Positions 34,700-46,030 of a DNA stretch of 64,000 bases are shown piece by piece (positions within the stretch are counted from its first letter, which is position 1; every line of letters begins with the position of its first letter). Origin of the DNA: Prorocentrum cordatum. Lineage: Eukaryota. A model generated the notes under the pieces. It was not told the DNA's origin. It made no database searches and was given only the letters and a program-made list of their open reading frames with translations. The position numbers and the translations under genes are program-made. Location of the stretch: NCBI GenBank assembly GCA_963575745.1, contig CAUYUJ010000186.1, forward strand, positions 1 through 64,000, written 5' to 3'.

Positions 34700-35455
34700 T
34701 CGCCCTCGCGGGGCCCCTCAGGCAAGCGAAATCCTCGCCCGAAGACTCGCAGATGGGGGCCTCGCTCGTTGACGGCGCAGTGGGCGGCATCGAATAGCTC
34801 CTCCTTGTCCTCGGCGCTCAAGATCGTCTCCGTCAGCCTGGTGCGGTAATGGGTTCTCTTCCACATCTGGCCCGCGGTTGGTCTTCCCGCTCTGGCACTC
34901 GCCCTCGGCTCCGACGGGGTTGAGCTCGGCGCCCTCCGTGCTGGCCCTGTCCGCGAAGGTCCCTCTGGTGATCCCTCTCTCCTGGTCGCTAGTCAGACGC
35001 TTCGGCCCCCCGCAGGCGCGGGCCCAATTTGCGGCATGCCTCCCTGATCGTCGTGCTCTCCCGATCCGGGGGCCTGATCGCCGGCTACTTGCCGGCTCCC
35101 CAGTCGACCATGTTGAGGCGCGGGGTCGTCTCGCTCTCGGGCTGTCCTGATTGCCGCCCGTCGAGGCCGCGAGCAGCAGGTCCACGCCGATCACTTCGTT
35201 GTACTCGATGCTCTCTAGAGTAAGTAGTCGAGCTGGTGGCGTGGACATCGGGTGCTTCGTTGCATCGCAGACGTCATGCTTCTCGATGACCCTCTTCACC
35301 GCGCCCAGCAATTCCGGCTTCGCCTTGGCCATCTTCAGAACGCAGGTCGCCCTCCTCAGATCGGCGCGGCCGAGGTCGGCGTGGACCCCCTTGGCGATCG
35401 TCTCCCAAATCTCCCCTCCCGGCCCAGTGGATGATGAGCCGTAGAGTGCAGTCAT
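34700..35455 (-). pseudogene. Decayed Copia integrase fragment
   Basis: YNEVIGVDLL, LNMVDWG (alternate frame), WARACGGPKRLTSDQERG and AEGECQSGKT resemble the integrase core; same strand as, and upstream of, the RT/RH fragment. Confidence 0.65.
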
Positions 35456-36439
35456 CGCGTTAATTTCTCTGGTTGGGCGCTCGATTTTTTATTTAAAACT
35501 TGCGGGCCGCCTTCGCCAGGTTGGACGGCTTCACCTGCGACCACTTCGAGATCTTCTGGAGCTTCCCGTCGGAGCCCCTCTGGCTGCCGAGCGCCGTCGC
35601 GTGCTCGCGGCCATTGGTGCACCTCTCTTCGTGGTCCTCGGTGCGGCCCAGGGTGATGGGCATCGCTGTCGGCTCCTACTGCAGGCCTTTTCCACTGGGA
35701 TCTCCCTCGCCGTGGGCGCGCCGGTTCAAGATGACCCCCCTGGCCCTGGGGCCCCTCGTGAGTCGGGGCATCTCTGCAATGCCCCAGGGCGCGGCAGTCC
35801 AGGGGCGCCCGCCCCGAGCAGATGCGGCGCCCCGCGCCCAGCTGCATCGCGGCCATACGGGTGGCTGACCTCAGGAACAAGGGCGCCTCAATGTACCGCG
35901 TCGCCCAGTTCTTAATTCTCTTGTCCGCGCCGATGTCTCGCAGAGCTCGGAACGTCGCGCGCGGCGGGGCGAGCCCCCCACCTTCGGCTTCCGCCCGAAT
36001 CGCGCACCGTAGATTGCACTGCGCAGATTGCAGAACATGCGCTGCACATCGGCGATCGCACACCATGCTTTGCACAGCAGAAAATGCACCGCATAGACTC
36101 TCCTTTCTAACAAAAGTATAGACTCTACCCCCATCTCCCGCCCGAACTTAACGGCACCCCTTCGCGCGTTGCATTTTGTAATTGATTGCGCGCGCTCGTC
36201 CATCGTAAATATGAACTCGCAAAATCCCAGATAGGCCAGCACTGACCCCCCCATGCTCTGCAAAAAACTATGCGTACGCACCCGTTCCAAAAAATCGTCA
36301 GGTATCAGTCATCAATGTCTAAATTTTTATATGTAAAACAACACGGAACGAAGTGCACGCGCGCGCGTCGTCGCGCGTGCATGCCGAAATCCTTTGAAAA
36401 CCTTAGGCCCCGCAGAAATCTCAAAATCGAGCGCGCCGA

Positions 36440-37882
36440 AAATCTTTAAATTGACCTGGCGACTGACCCAACCATGTGCAATTCTGAGTGCTGCAGTTGT
36501 GCGGATCGTCTTCGGTGGAATTCCCGATAGGGCCACAAGACGTGCGAGGGGCGTGCCGAGTTGGCGGGTGGGGGTCGCACGTGGACCCTCGCGCTGGGGT
36601 CTTCAAAGGAACTCGCTATGGGGCCAAGAAACGCGCGAGGGGTGTGCCGCAACGGGCGCGACGCCAACGTGCGAACTGCGCCGCTGGGACCCTCGGTGGA
36701 CCTCACTATGAAGCCACGAAGCATGTGAGAGGTGTGCCGAAACGGGCGTGACGCCCACGTGCGAACTGCGCCGCTGGGACCTTCGGTGGAGCTTCCTGCG
36801 GGGCCGCGCAACGCTGAGGGGTGCGTCGAAACGGGCGTGGCGCCCACGTGCGAACTGCGCGGCTGGATCCTTCGGCGGAGCTCCCTATGGGGCCGCGGAG
36901 CGCGTGAGGGGTGTGCCGAAACGGGAGTGACGCCCACGTGCCACATGCGAACTGCGCCGCTGGGACCTTCGGTGGAGCTTCCTGCGGGGCCGCGCAACGC
37001 TGAGGGGTGCGTCGAAACGGGCGTGACGCCCACGTGCGAACTGCGCGGCTGGGACCTTCGGTGAGCGCCCTACAGGGCCACGAAACGTGTGAGGGGTATG
37101 CCGACACGGGCGTGATGCTCACGTGTGACCTGCGCGGCTGGGACCTTCGGTGGAACTCCTTATGAGGCCACTAAGCGCGCGATGGACGTGCCGACGCGGG
37201 CGCGACGCCCACGCGCGACCTGCGCCGCCGGATCTTCGGCGGAGCTTCCTATGAGGCCACGAAGCGTGTGAGGGGTGTGCCGAAACGGGCGCGACGCCCA
37301 CATGCGACCTGCTCCACTGGGGCATTCCTTCGGTGGGGCCCCCTTTATGGGGGCCGCGAAACGTGAAGGTGTGTGCCGAAACAAGCATGGCGCCCACGTG
37401 CGAACTACGAGGCTGGAACCTTCGGTGGAGCTCCCCATGAAGCCACGAATCGTGTGACGGGTGTGCCGAACAGGGCGCGAAGGCCACGTGCGAGCTGCGC
37501 CACTGGGACCTTCGGTTGGGTTCCCTTGGGGCCGCGAAGCGTGTGAATGGTGTACCGAAGCTGGCGTTGCGACCACGTGCGAGCTGCGCCACTGGGACCT
37601 CCGGAGGAGCTCCCTGCGGGGCCGCGAAACGCGCGAGGGGCGTGTCGAATCGGGCGTGGCGCCCACATGCGAACTGCGCCACTGGGACGTTCGGTGGAGC
37701 TCCCTATGAGGCCGCGAAGCGTGTGAGGGAAACTCCGAAGCGTGTAATGGGCGTGCCAAGCCGGGAGCGACGCCCATAGAGCAGAGGCAGGAATGGGGGG
37801 AGGGAGAGGGGGAAGGAGGAAAGAACGCGGGGCGCTGTCTCTTCAAAACAAAGACCCAACACCACAGGATGGTTGGGAAAAC
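36440..37882 (+). repeat. Third, diverged copy of the head + ~90-bp units + tail composite repeat
   Basis: Head cctggcgactgacccaaccatgtgca matches ~5015; tail gcggggcgctgtctcttcaaaacaaagacccaacaccacaggatggttgggaaa matches 6731-6784. Confidence 0.85.
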
Positions 37883-39592
37883 CACATGGCTTCGCACCCC
37901 CAAAAAGCCTGTGCTCGCGGTCTTGCACGCTCTTTAGAACACCACGCGTTTTCAACAGTTTCATAACATGCTACCACACTTGCCTCTCGCGCGCGTGCGC
38001 TGAAATCACTCGAACGCCCTTGCGCGCGTGCTGTCGCAAGAACCCAATGCACCAGAACGGGACGAAGTGCACGCGCGCGCATCGTCGCGCGCGCGTGCCA
38101 ATCTCAGTCAAGAACCCTGAATTTCGCAAGATCTCAGAATCGAATGTCCAGAAACATTTAAACACACATGGTTCTGCAACACCATTTCTTCTGAGCGAAG
38201 AAGACACTTTAAAACGTACGCTCGCGCTCTGTTTTTTTATAGTTAAAAATCTTTAAAAAGAAAAACATGCCCATTGACTTCGGCCAAACGGGACTCCCGC
38301 GCCGCATGTCGAATCATTCGAGTACCCCTGCGCGCGTGCTGGGGTGGGGTGGGGGCGCGGTCCATGTCACATTACATAACACCATGCGGGCCACTCTCGC
38401 GCGTCGGCCGCGCGCGCATATCGAACTCCCTCGAAAACTTTCACTGGCTCGAGGACGCCGTCGTCGTCGGCGTGACCAACATCAGCGCCGTCACTGGCCT
38501 TGCCGTCGTCGTTGCCATCATCGTCGCCGGCATCGCTACCATCATCGTGTCTACCATTGTCGACGTGGCCATGATACCGCGCCCGCCCAAGTCGCCGACT
38601 CTCTTTGAAGTGCCCGCTGGGTAGTGCCCAGCGGTCAGCGCCACCGCGGCCGCACCGATCGCGCCAAACTAGCTGGCCGATGCGCGCGCGAGCATGCGGG
38701 GGCTAGCGTGGCCGCAGCGATGCACCAACCAACACCTAGCACTCATCGCAATCGCCGCCGCCTGGGTTTTGCAAGCCAAGTTGCGGGTGGGTGGGTGGGA
38801 TGGTTGCGCGACGAGTGCAGTTCACAACTCACTACGAACAGAAAGTAATTGCACCACGTGTATTGCATCACATAGGTTGCGCAACATATATTCCTCCACA
38901 CAGATAGCGCCACATATGATACTAGAAACAAACTGTTTGTGGTTCGCGCTGGCTGACACATTCTGATGGAGTAGAGAAGCCTGACTACATAACTTGATAC
39001 GACTCGGCCTTGACGGCTGTGTGATTCAATCGGTCGATCGTCGATCTTCGACCTGGCAAACTTGACTACCACTCCTACTCCTATTCATCGTGCTCGCCCG
39101 CATGGCAGGTTCCGCTGAAGCGGGGGGGGGGAACAGCAGAGGCTGGACGCCCGCGACTAGCTCCCGAAACCTTTTCCTCCTGCTCCCCACGCCTTCCTCC
39201 TCCTTCTCTTGGGCATGCCGCGGCAGCGGGCGCTCGAGGCGTCAACCTTCCTCCTCCTCCCGCTCCTCTTCACACTCTCCGACCTCATCTCCCCAATTCC
39301 CCCTCTCACCGTCCCGGTCCCCAACAACGCGTTCATGCAGGATGCGACTTGCCGCGTCTTCCTGACGGTGCTGGTTCCGGCGCTGGTGCTGAGCCGATGC
39401 TGCGTCTGCTGCTGCAACGCCTGATGCTGCTAGACTCTGCTAGACCTGCCCATCCAATATCTTACCGTCCCTCCAACTGCTCTGATGGCAATCGACTCAA
39501 CGCCCACCTCAGCCAATCACGAGCTTGAACTGTCTTGTGCTTCGCGCTTGTCAGCCCTGCAAAGGGCAACGAGAAAAGAGCAACAGCATCTA

Positions 39593-39618
39593 TCTAATAT
39601 ATATATATATATGTACTA

Positions 39619-39648
<30 letters not shown>
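39593..39648. repeat. (TA)n microsatellite
   Basis: Directly visible. Confidence 0.9.
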
Positions 39649-39650
<2 letters not shown>

Positions 39651-41169
39651 AAGGGGGGCTGAGGATGCCTCGGAGGAGGAGCAGGCAACGGACATACTCT
39701 CGATCACTGCTACGAACCACACGGCCCAACTCGCTTCAATCTCAAGTGAATTCGGCTTGCACGGCATACACGCAGAGACCAAAAACGAGTTCGGCGCACA
39801 TGCGTCGCCGCGCTGTTTGTTCTCGACGCGCCCAAATCGACGACGCCGACACCACGGAAAGCCCACGGCAAATCTTGCGTCTCGCGCCCTGCGTAGATAA
39901 ACGAAGCCGGCACCGCGGCAAATCCACGGCGAACCCACCGCGTCCGAGGCGGCGCTTGCCCTGGTGGCCGAGGCGCCCTCCCCACGACTGAGGTCGCGCG
40001 TCGGAGCAAACGGCGACAGGTGATGCGGAGCCACGCCACCTCAGAGAATGCGAGCATCGGGGGAGGGAGGAGGGCTCATTGTGGAGACAACGGCGGCTCT
40101 CCCGCTGGGGACAGGTCCGCTCACAATCAATCCCCTGGCCCTTCTCGGGGCCCATCCTGCCGCACTTCTCGAGGCGCATCCAGCCGTGGCGACGAGACGC
40201 CCCCAGGAGGCCCCCCACGGACAACGCCAGTTAATCCCCTGACCCCTCTCGGGGCCCTGGGCTGACCCAAACATCCGACGTCATGATTTGTTCATAACGT
40301 CGACCCCAAACAAATTCGATCCTTTCCCCAGGACCAGTTTCGCGTCCTGCGTCGTTTTCTGACGGTCCCGAGGCCCGGTGCGGGCCTCCAGGGGGGCGAA
40401 AACACTGCAAAACAACCCGTCGTAATTTTCTCATGATTCGATGGGGGTCTGGGGATCCAGCCGTGGTGACGAGACGCCCCCAGGAGGCCCCCAGAGAGCA
40501 CGGAGACAATGCGCCACGGAGGAGGAGGAGGCGGAGGAGGAGGAGGAGGAGGCGGAGGAGGAGGAGGAGGATAAGAAGGGAAGGGGGAGGAAGACGAGGA
40601 GGAGGCGGAGGAAGAGGAGGACCAGAGTAATCCCAAGACTCCTCAATTACATTAAAATGAACCCTCCCTCCAAGTTCCTTCTTCATGAGCCCCTAGAGGG
40701 ATTCGTTTTCACTGGGGGAAATACCCCGTTGGAAGACGCCCGTTCGAACATCTTCAACTGTGCCAGAACACGCTCCCTGGGACTTCAACGCCGCGAATCA
40801 CTGTTACTGTTGTGTCTAGACGATCCCGAATCGTGCCAAAACACACCTCCTGGGACCCCAGCGCCGCGAACCAAAATAACTGTTGCACCCTAACCGTCCG
40901 ACATTGTGCTAATACCTAATTTCTGTGACGCTGGCCATGGGAATCCTTACACTCTTGCGCATGCTTCATGGAATGTGCGCGGCGCTGAACCGAGAACCAC
41001 GCTTTGAAAATCAACCATCCTCCATCATTGAAGCTCGTGCAAGCTTCTAAGACGAGTATGCGCGGCGCTAAGGCGAGAATCGCATTCTGAAAACGACTCG
41101 CACTCCATCTGTGAAATTCTTAATGTCCCCCCACCCAAGAGGCTGAGGTCGTTAGAATTTGAAAACAAA

Positions 41170-41440
41170 CCTCCCGACCCGTCCACCCTGCATGCCGCGG
41201 CCGCCCGACCCCCAGGCTCCCGAGTATCCCGGAGAGTCCCCCCTCGCGCCCCTCTGCATACCGCGGCCGCAGGACACCCAGGCTCCCGAGAATCCCCGAG
41301 AGTCCCGCCCCGCGCCCCTCTGCATACCGCGGCCGCCAGATCCCCAGGGTCCCGAGTGTCCCCCAGAATCCCGCCTCGTGCCCCGCTGCATACCGCGGCC
41401 GCCAGATCCCCAGGTCCCCCGAGTAACTGTCCCGTTCCGC
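41170..41440. repeat. ~65-bp tandem repeat, about 4 copies
   Basis: ccgcggccgc recurs near 41194, 41261, 41326 and 41392. Confidence 0.8.
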
Positions 41441-41449
41441 GCCGACAAA

Positions 41450-41980
41450 TCATAACATGACAGAGCGGTGGTATAACATAGCAGAACATAGTAAAGTACA
41501 TCACGATAGGCCATGACAGAGCAGCGCATAACACACCACCACCTAACATAACATATCTAACCATAACATACCAAACCATGCCATAACTTATCGTAACATA
41601 ACAGACCATGGTAGAGCGGTGAATTTCATAGCACATCATCACAGCACAGAGCATTCCATACCATTGAACAGCAAGCATACCGCAAGACAACATCGCAGAA
41701 CTGAGCATACCAAAACATAACATGCCGCAGCCTCATATATAACATGGCGTATCATGGCATAACATAACACAACATAACCACGCATGGTATTACATTTCGG
41801 GTCACACGTAACATGGCATAACATATAATACCGTAGCAACACATGACATGACATGTCATAACAACACATGCCATGACAGTCCACACCTTACCATTACGCA
41901 TCACCACAACACATATACGATGACAGAAAGCATCGCAACACAGACGACATAACATAGCATGACAAAGCGTGACGTAACCT
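41450..41980. repeat. Degenerate (CATAA/CATGA)n pentamer tract; also at 43090-43402, 50808-51250, 57500-57920
   Basis: 5-bp periodic acata/acatg/gcata text. Confidence 0.75.
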
Positions 41981-42204
41981 TATACACCAAACCAGAATCC
42001 GCCGGCCCCCTTGTGGGGCCACCAAGCGGTAGGCCGAGGATTCGCAGTTTCCTGTACCAGTTGCAGCTTCCAGTTTCCACTGTTACAATTCTGCTTCTTG
42101 CTGCTTACTGTTCCTTATTGCCTTCTTGCTGCTTACTGTTCCTTGTCGCGCGAGGGGGGGAGGCCCAAAACATGCATTTTTGTCTGAATTGCTGGGGTGG
42201 GTAA

Positions 42205-42985
42205 AAATTTACACCCCTCACGCAGATCGGCGGGGGCAGGGTGCAAAAACACATGTGATTTGCCACATTTCTGAGATTCGGTGGCACCCCTCACGCAGAT
42301 CGGCAGGGCCAGGGTCCAAAAACACATGGGATTTGCAACATTTCTGGCATTCGGTGGCACCCCTCACGCAGATCGGCGGGGTCAGGGTCCAAAAACACAT
42401 GTGATTTGCCACATTTCTGAGATTCGGTGGCACCCCTCATGCAGATCGGCGGGGTCAGAATCTTAGAACAAATGGGATTGCCACATTTCTGAGATTCGGT
42501 GGCACCCCTCACGCAGATTGGCGGGGTCAGGGTCCAAGAACACACGGGATTTGCCACATTTCTGACATTCGGTGGCACCCCTCACGCAGATCGGCGGGGT
42601 CAGGGTGCAAAAACATATTGCTTTGCTACATTTCTGAAATTCGGTGGCACCCCTTACGCAGATTGGCGGGGTCAGGGTCCAAAAACAAATGGGATTGCCG
42701 TATTTCTGAAATTCGGTGGCACCCCTCACGCAGATCGGCGGGGTCAGGGTCCAAAAACACATGATATTTGCTACATTTCTGAGATTCGGTGGCACCCCTC
42801 ACGCAGATCGGCAGGATCAGGGTGCAAAAACACATGAGAGTTGCCACATTCCTGAAATTCGGCGGCACCTCTCACGCAGATCCGTAGGGTCAGGGTCCAA
42901 AAACACAAGGGATTGGCCACATTTCTGCAATTCGGCGGCACCCCTCACGCAGATCCGCAGGGTCAGGGTCGAAAAACAAACAGGT
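42205..42985. repeat. 72-73-bp tandem array, ~11 copies
   Basis: ttcggtggcacccctcacgcagatcggcggggtcagggtccaaaaacac at 42277, 42350, 42423, 42495 and onward. Confidence 0.92.
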
Positions 42986-43402
42986 CCGGACACTGCTTCA
43001 CGGCGGCGCCCAGACCTCATGACTTCGCTCTTCCATGGCCCATTCTCCGAGAGAGGGGCTGGAGGCAGGGGGCGAAGCCCTTACGGATATAACAAAGCAT
43101 AACACCATAAACTATGGCACAACTGATCAGGCGGAGAAGATCATCACACCACACCTCAAACCATAGCAGAACAGAGCAGACCATGCCAGACGATGACGTT
43201 ACATAGCATTCCACAACATACCATGGCAGAACAGACCACACCGTAGCACAGCATTCAAACACATACCAGTACGTAACATGACAACCCATACCATGACAGA
43301 GCGCGGCATAACACATGACAGCGTCGCATAACATGATACTGCATACCACCAACACGTAATAACGCATACCATCTCGTAACATGTCACAACAGGACATCAC
43401 AG

Positions 43403-43527
43403 TAATCAAGTTAGCTTGCTTTTTCACTGAACCAAACGGCTATGGATACATCCCTACCTTACCTGCATCTTCCTACCTTCCCATGCTAATGATACGCTGC
43501 TGCATGAACACATGAGCACTCTGATCA
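43403..43527 (-). repeat. 3' LTR of Copia-2
   Basis: Direct repeat of 50683-50807. Confidence 0.96.
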
Positions 43528-45379
43528 CCCCGCCTCGGGTCCAGGCAACAAATTGATGCCAGATCAGAAAATCTTATATAAACTGGTAGCGGAGCGGTGG
43601 CCACGGACCTACGCCAGAAAGCCCGGTTCAGGCCAGAAGTCCCTTCTGAGTCACGGCCCTGCTCGAGTCGAAGACCAAGCCGGCTGTCGTAAGCAAAGGG
43701 TCCCTCATGCCGACGGCCATCGCCTTCGTCAGAGGGTCGGCCATCTGCTCGGTAGTCCGAACCTTCACGATCCGAATGTCGCCGCTCGCCACTCAATCTT
43801 GTAGCCACAGATAACGTGTATTGACATGTCTCTGCTTGCCCAACCCTCGGCGGGTTGCGAATCCCTTCGCTGCCGCGCAGTCCGTCTTCACGTTCAAACG
43901 GATTGCAGAAGACAGCCCCCAGTCCGCCATCAGGGATTTAATGCCCAAGGCATGGGCACTGCCTTTCACTGCCGCGTAGTACTCGCTCTCGCCGACGTTC
44001 AACGCGATCGTGCTCTGCACTGTCGAACTGCTCTTGAGCAAGTGCTTCCCGAAGAAGATTGCCATCCCGCTGGTGCTCTTCCTGGTGATGATGTCCCCGG
44101 CGTGGTCTGCATCAACCCAGGCGTCTAACGAGTTTGGCATCGCCTGCTTCGGAAACTTCAGGATAGCTCTCGGCCGTCCAAGCACATAACGCCCAAGACG
44201 CTTCAGCTCCTGGAAATTGAACTCATTGGGGCTCTTCATGCTCTGTGCAAGACATTTCACTGCCTCCTGGATGTCCAAACGGTCTTGTCCAAGATAGCTT
44301 GCCCGCATAACACAGGAACGATACAGCGTCGCCTCAGAACTCGAAAGTACTCTGCTGTCTGCACCCTTCCATACGTCTGACTCAGAATGTTTCACACGTG
44401 GCGTATCTACAGATTTGGCCTTTTCTAACCCCAAGTCTCGTGCAAGAAGCTCTGCGTGCCTACGGTCTCCTTCGATCTCAATACCGTCCTCCGTGATACG
44501 AACAATCCGGTTCAAGATGCACGCCTCCTGGGAGTCACCTGCCTCCGTGCCAAGCGTTGCCACGTGCTTGCAAGTGCACTTAGAATTTAACAGCGTGTCC
44601 ATTTCCGTAATTGAACGTTGATCACCCAAGAGAACAAAATCATCTCCGTGGACGAAAAGCCTCGATCCATCAAATGGGTTGTAGAATATAGATGGGTTCG
44701 TCTTCCCCGGAACGTAACCCTTCTTAGCCAAAAGGTCGGTGTAGTTCTTCTGCCACAGGTGGCTTGCGTCCTGAGTTCCGTACATGGTCCTCTGAAGCAG
44801 CCCAACATGAGTGTGTCTGTCGGGATCTCCCTCTGGCAACTTGACAAACAGCCTCCGCTCGCACTTCGACATGAAGTGTGCCCGCGAGATGTCCCAGAAC
44901 GCTAGCTTGAGCTCGGCGCCCCTGGAACTCCGCTGTTGCGTCGCCTGGATACTGCAGAGAAGCTTCAAAGCCTCCAACCACGGCATGGCGGAGAACAACT
45001 TCTCCGGACTCAGCTGCTCGAACTTCGCCTTCTTGCCCTTCGTGGCCTCCATCACGACCAATCGAGAACGCACGACAGGTTTATTAGCGTCGCCCTTGTT
45101 GGTGTCAATCCAGAGCAGCGGAATCGCAGTAGCGCCCTCGCTCTCCATGACCTCCCGCGGGACCTTGGTGTACACGCCCTCCTTGGCAACCCAGTCCCGC
45201 TCCAACTGCCTAGCGTCCTCCACCAACTTCGTCGGTAGAATCCCGCCGTTGACGTCGTCGTAATACGTTTTCCACTGTTCGTCGCTGTACACCTCCGGCT
45301 CCTCAGCTATGGGCCCAGCCGTGCAAATGTCCATACTCGACAACTCCATCCGGTGAACAAGCTGATCACGAACCACACG

Positions 45380-46030
45380 TAAAATCGCATACATCAGCCT
45401 CGGCGGATATATCTGCGTAGACCTCACCTTCTGAAAACCAACTGGACGTACATGCCGATACCAACCACTCTTGCCCTGCAGGCTCACACGCTCGTCCTGC
45501 AGCATAGCGGCCAACTCTCGCGAGTTCGTTAACCACGACGTTTCTCTGCGCACGTATCCAGATCTTCCGCTCTGGATGGTGCCTGCCAGCCGCCATTTGC
45601 ACATGGGACCGGCCACCTTGTACACTCCCGGCATGTTCTCCAGCTCCGCCATGATGTCCTCGTCCCTGGAGGTGGTAATCCCAGGAACCTCATGCAAAAA
45701 CAACTTGCCCATCTTGATCTGCTTCCGGTACGCGTCGACACTCGCTCTCAAGTGCCTCCGGCCGTCCTGCATCTCTAAGCTCACGGTGTTTGGGTCCAAG
45801 TTTACTCTCGATGGCGACCGAAGCCTCGAAAACACAGTACTCGATGGACACCCGATCAACACCTCAGGCTTGTACTTGTCCTGGAGCTTATCTAACATGT
45901 CTATGTCCTCATCCCGTGAAAGGTCCCAGAACTGCCCGTCAGGTCGCTGAAGTTGTAAATCAATGGCGAACCCTGCACGAAGTCCAAGACGACGATTGCC
46001 TCGGGAAAGGACCTCACTGACGTCCATTGC
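45380..46030 (-). other. Degenerate C5 cytosine methyltransferase-like domain inside pol, between IN and RT
   Basis: Ordered motifs DVSEVLS, AIDL..WDL, PEVLIGCPSSTVFS, FLHEVP, MCKW, RRETSWLTN and YPPRL parallel the LELFCG / TPC / ENP / DCCQFG / RKRTR / YP motifs of the methyltransferase at 51800-52500. Confidence 0.6.

Noticed and set aside
30900..36330. LTRs for the decayed Copia remnant
   Set aside because: No matching direct repeats or TSD could be found by eye.
42205..42985. Regularly spaced repeats resembling a CRISPR array
   Set aside because: The intervening segments are near-identical rather than unique spacers, there are no cas genes and the context is eukaryotic; it is a plain tandem repeat.
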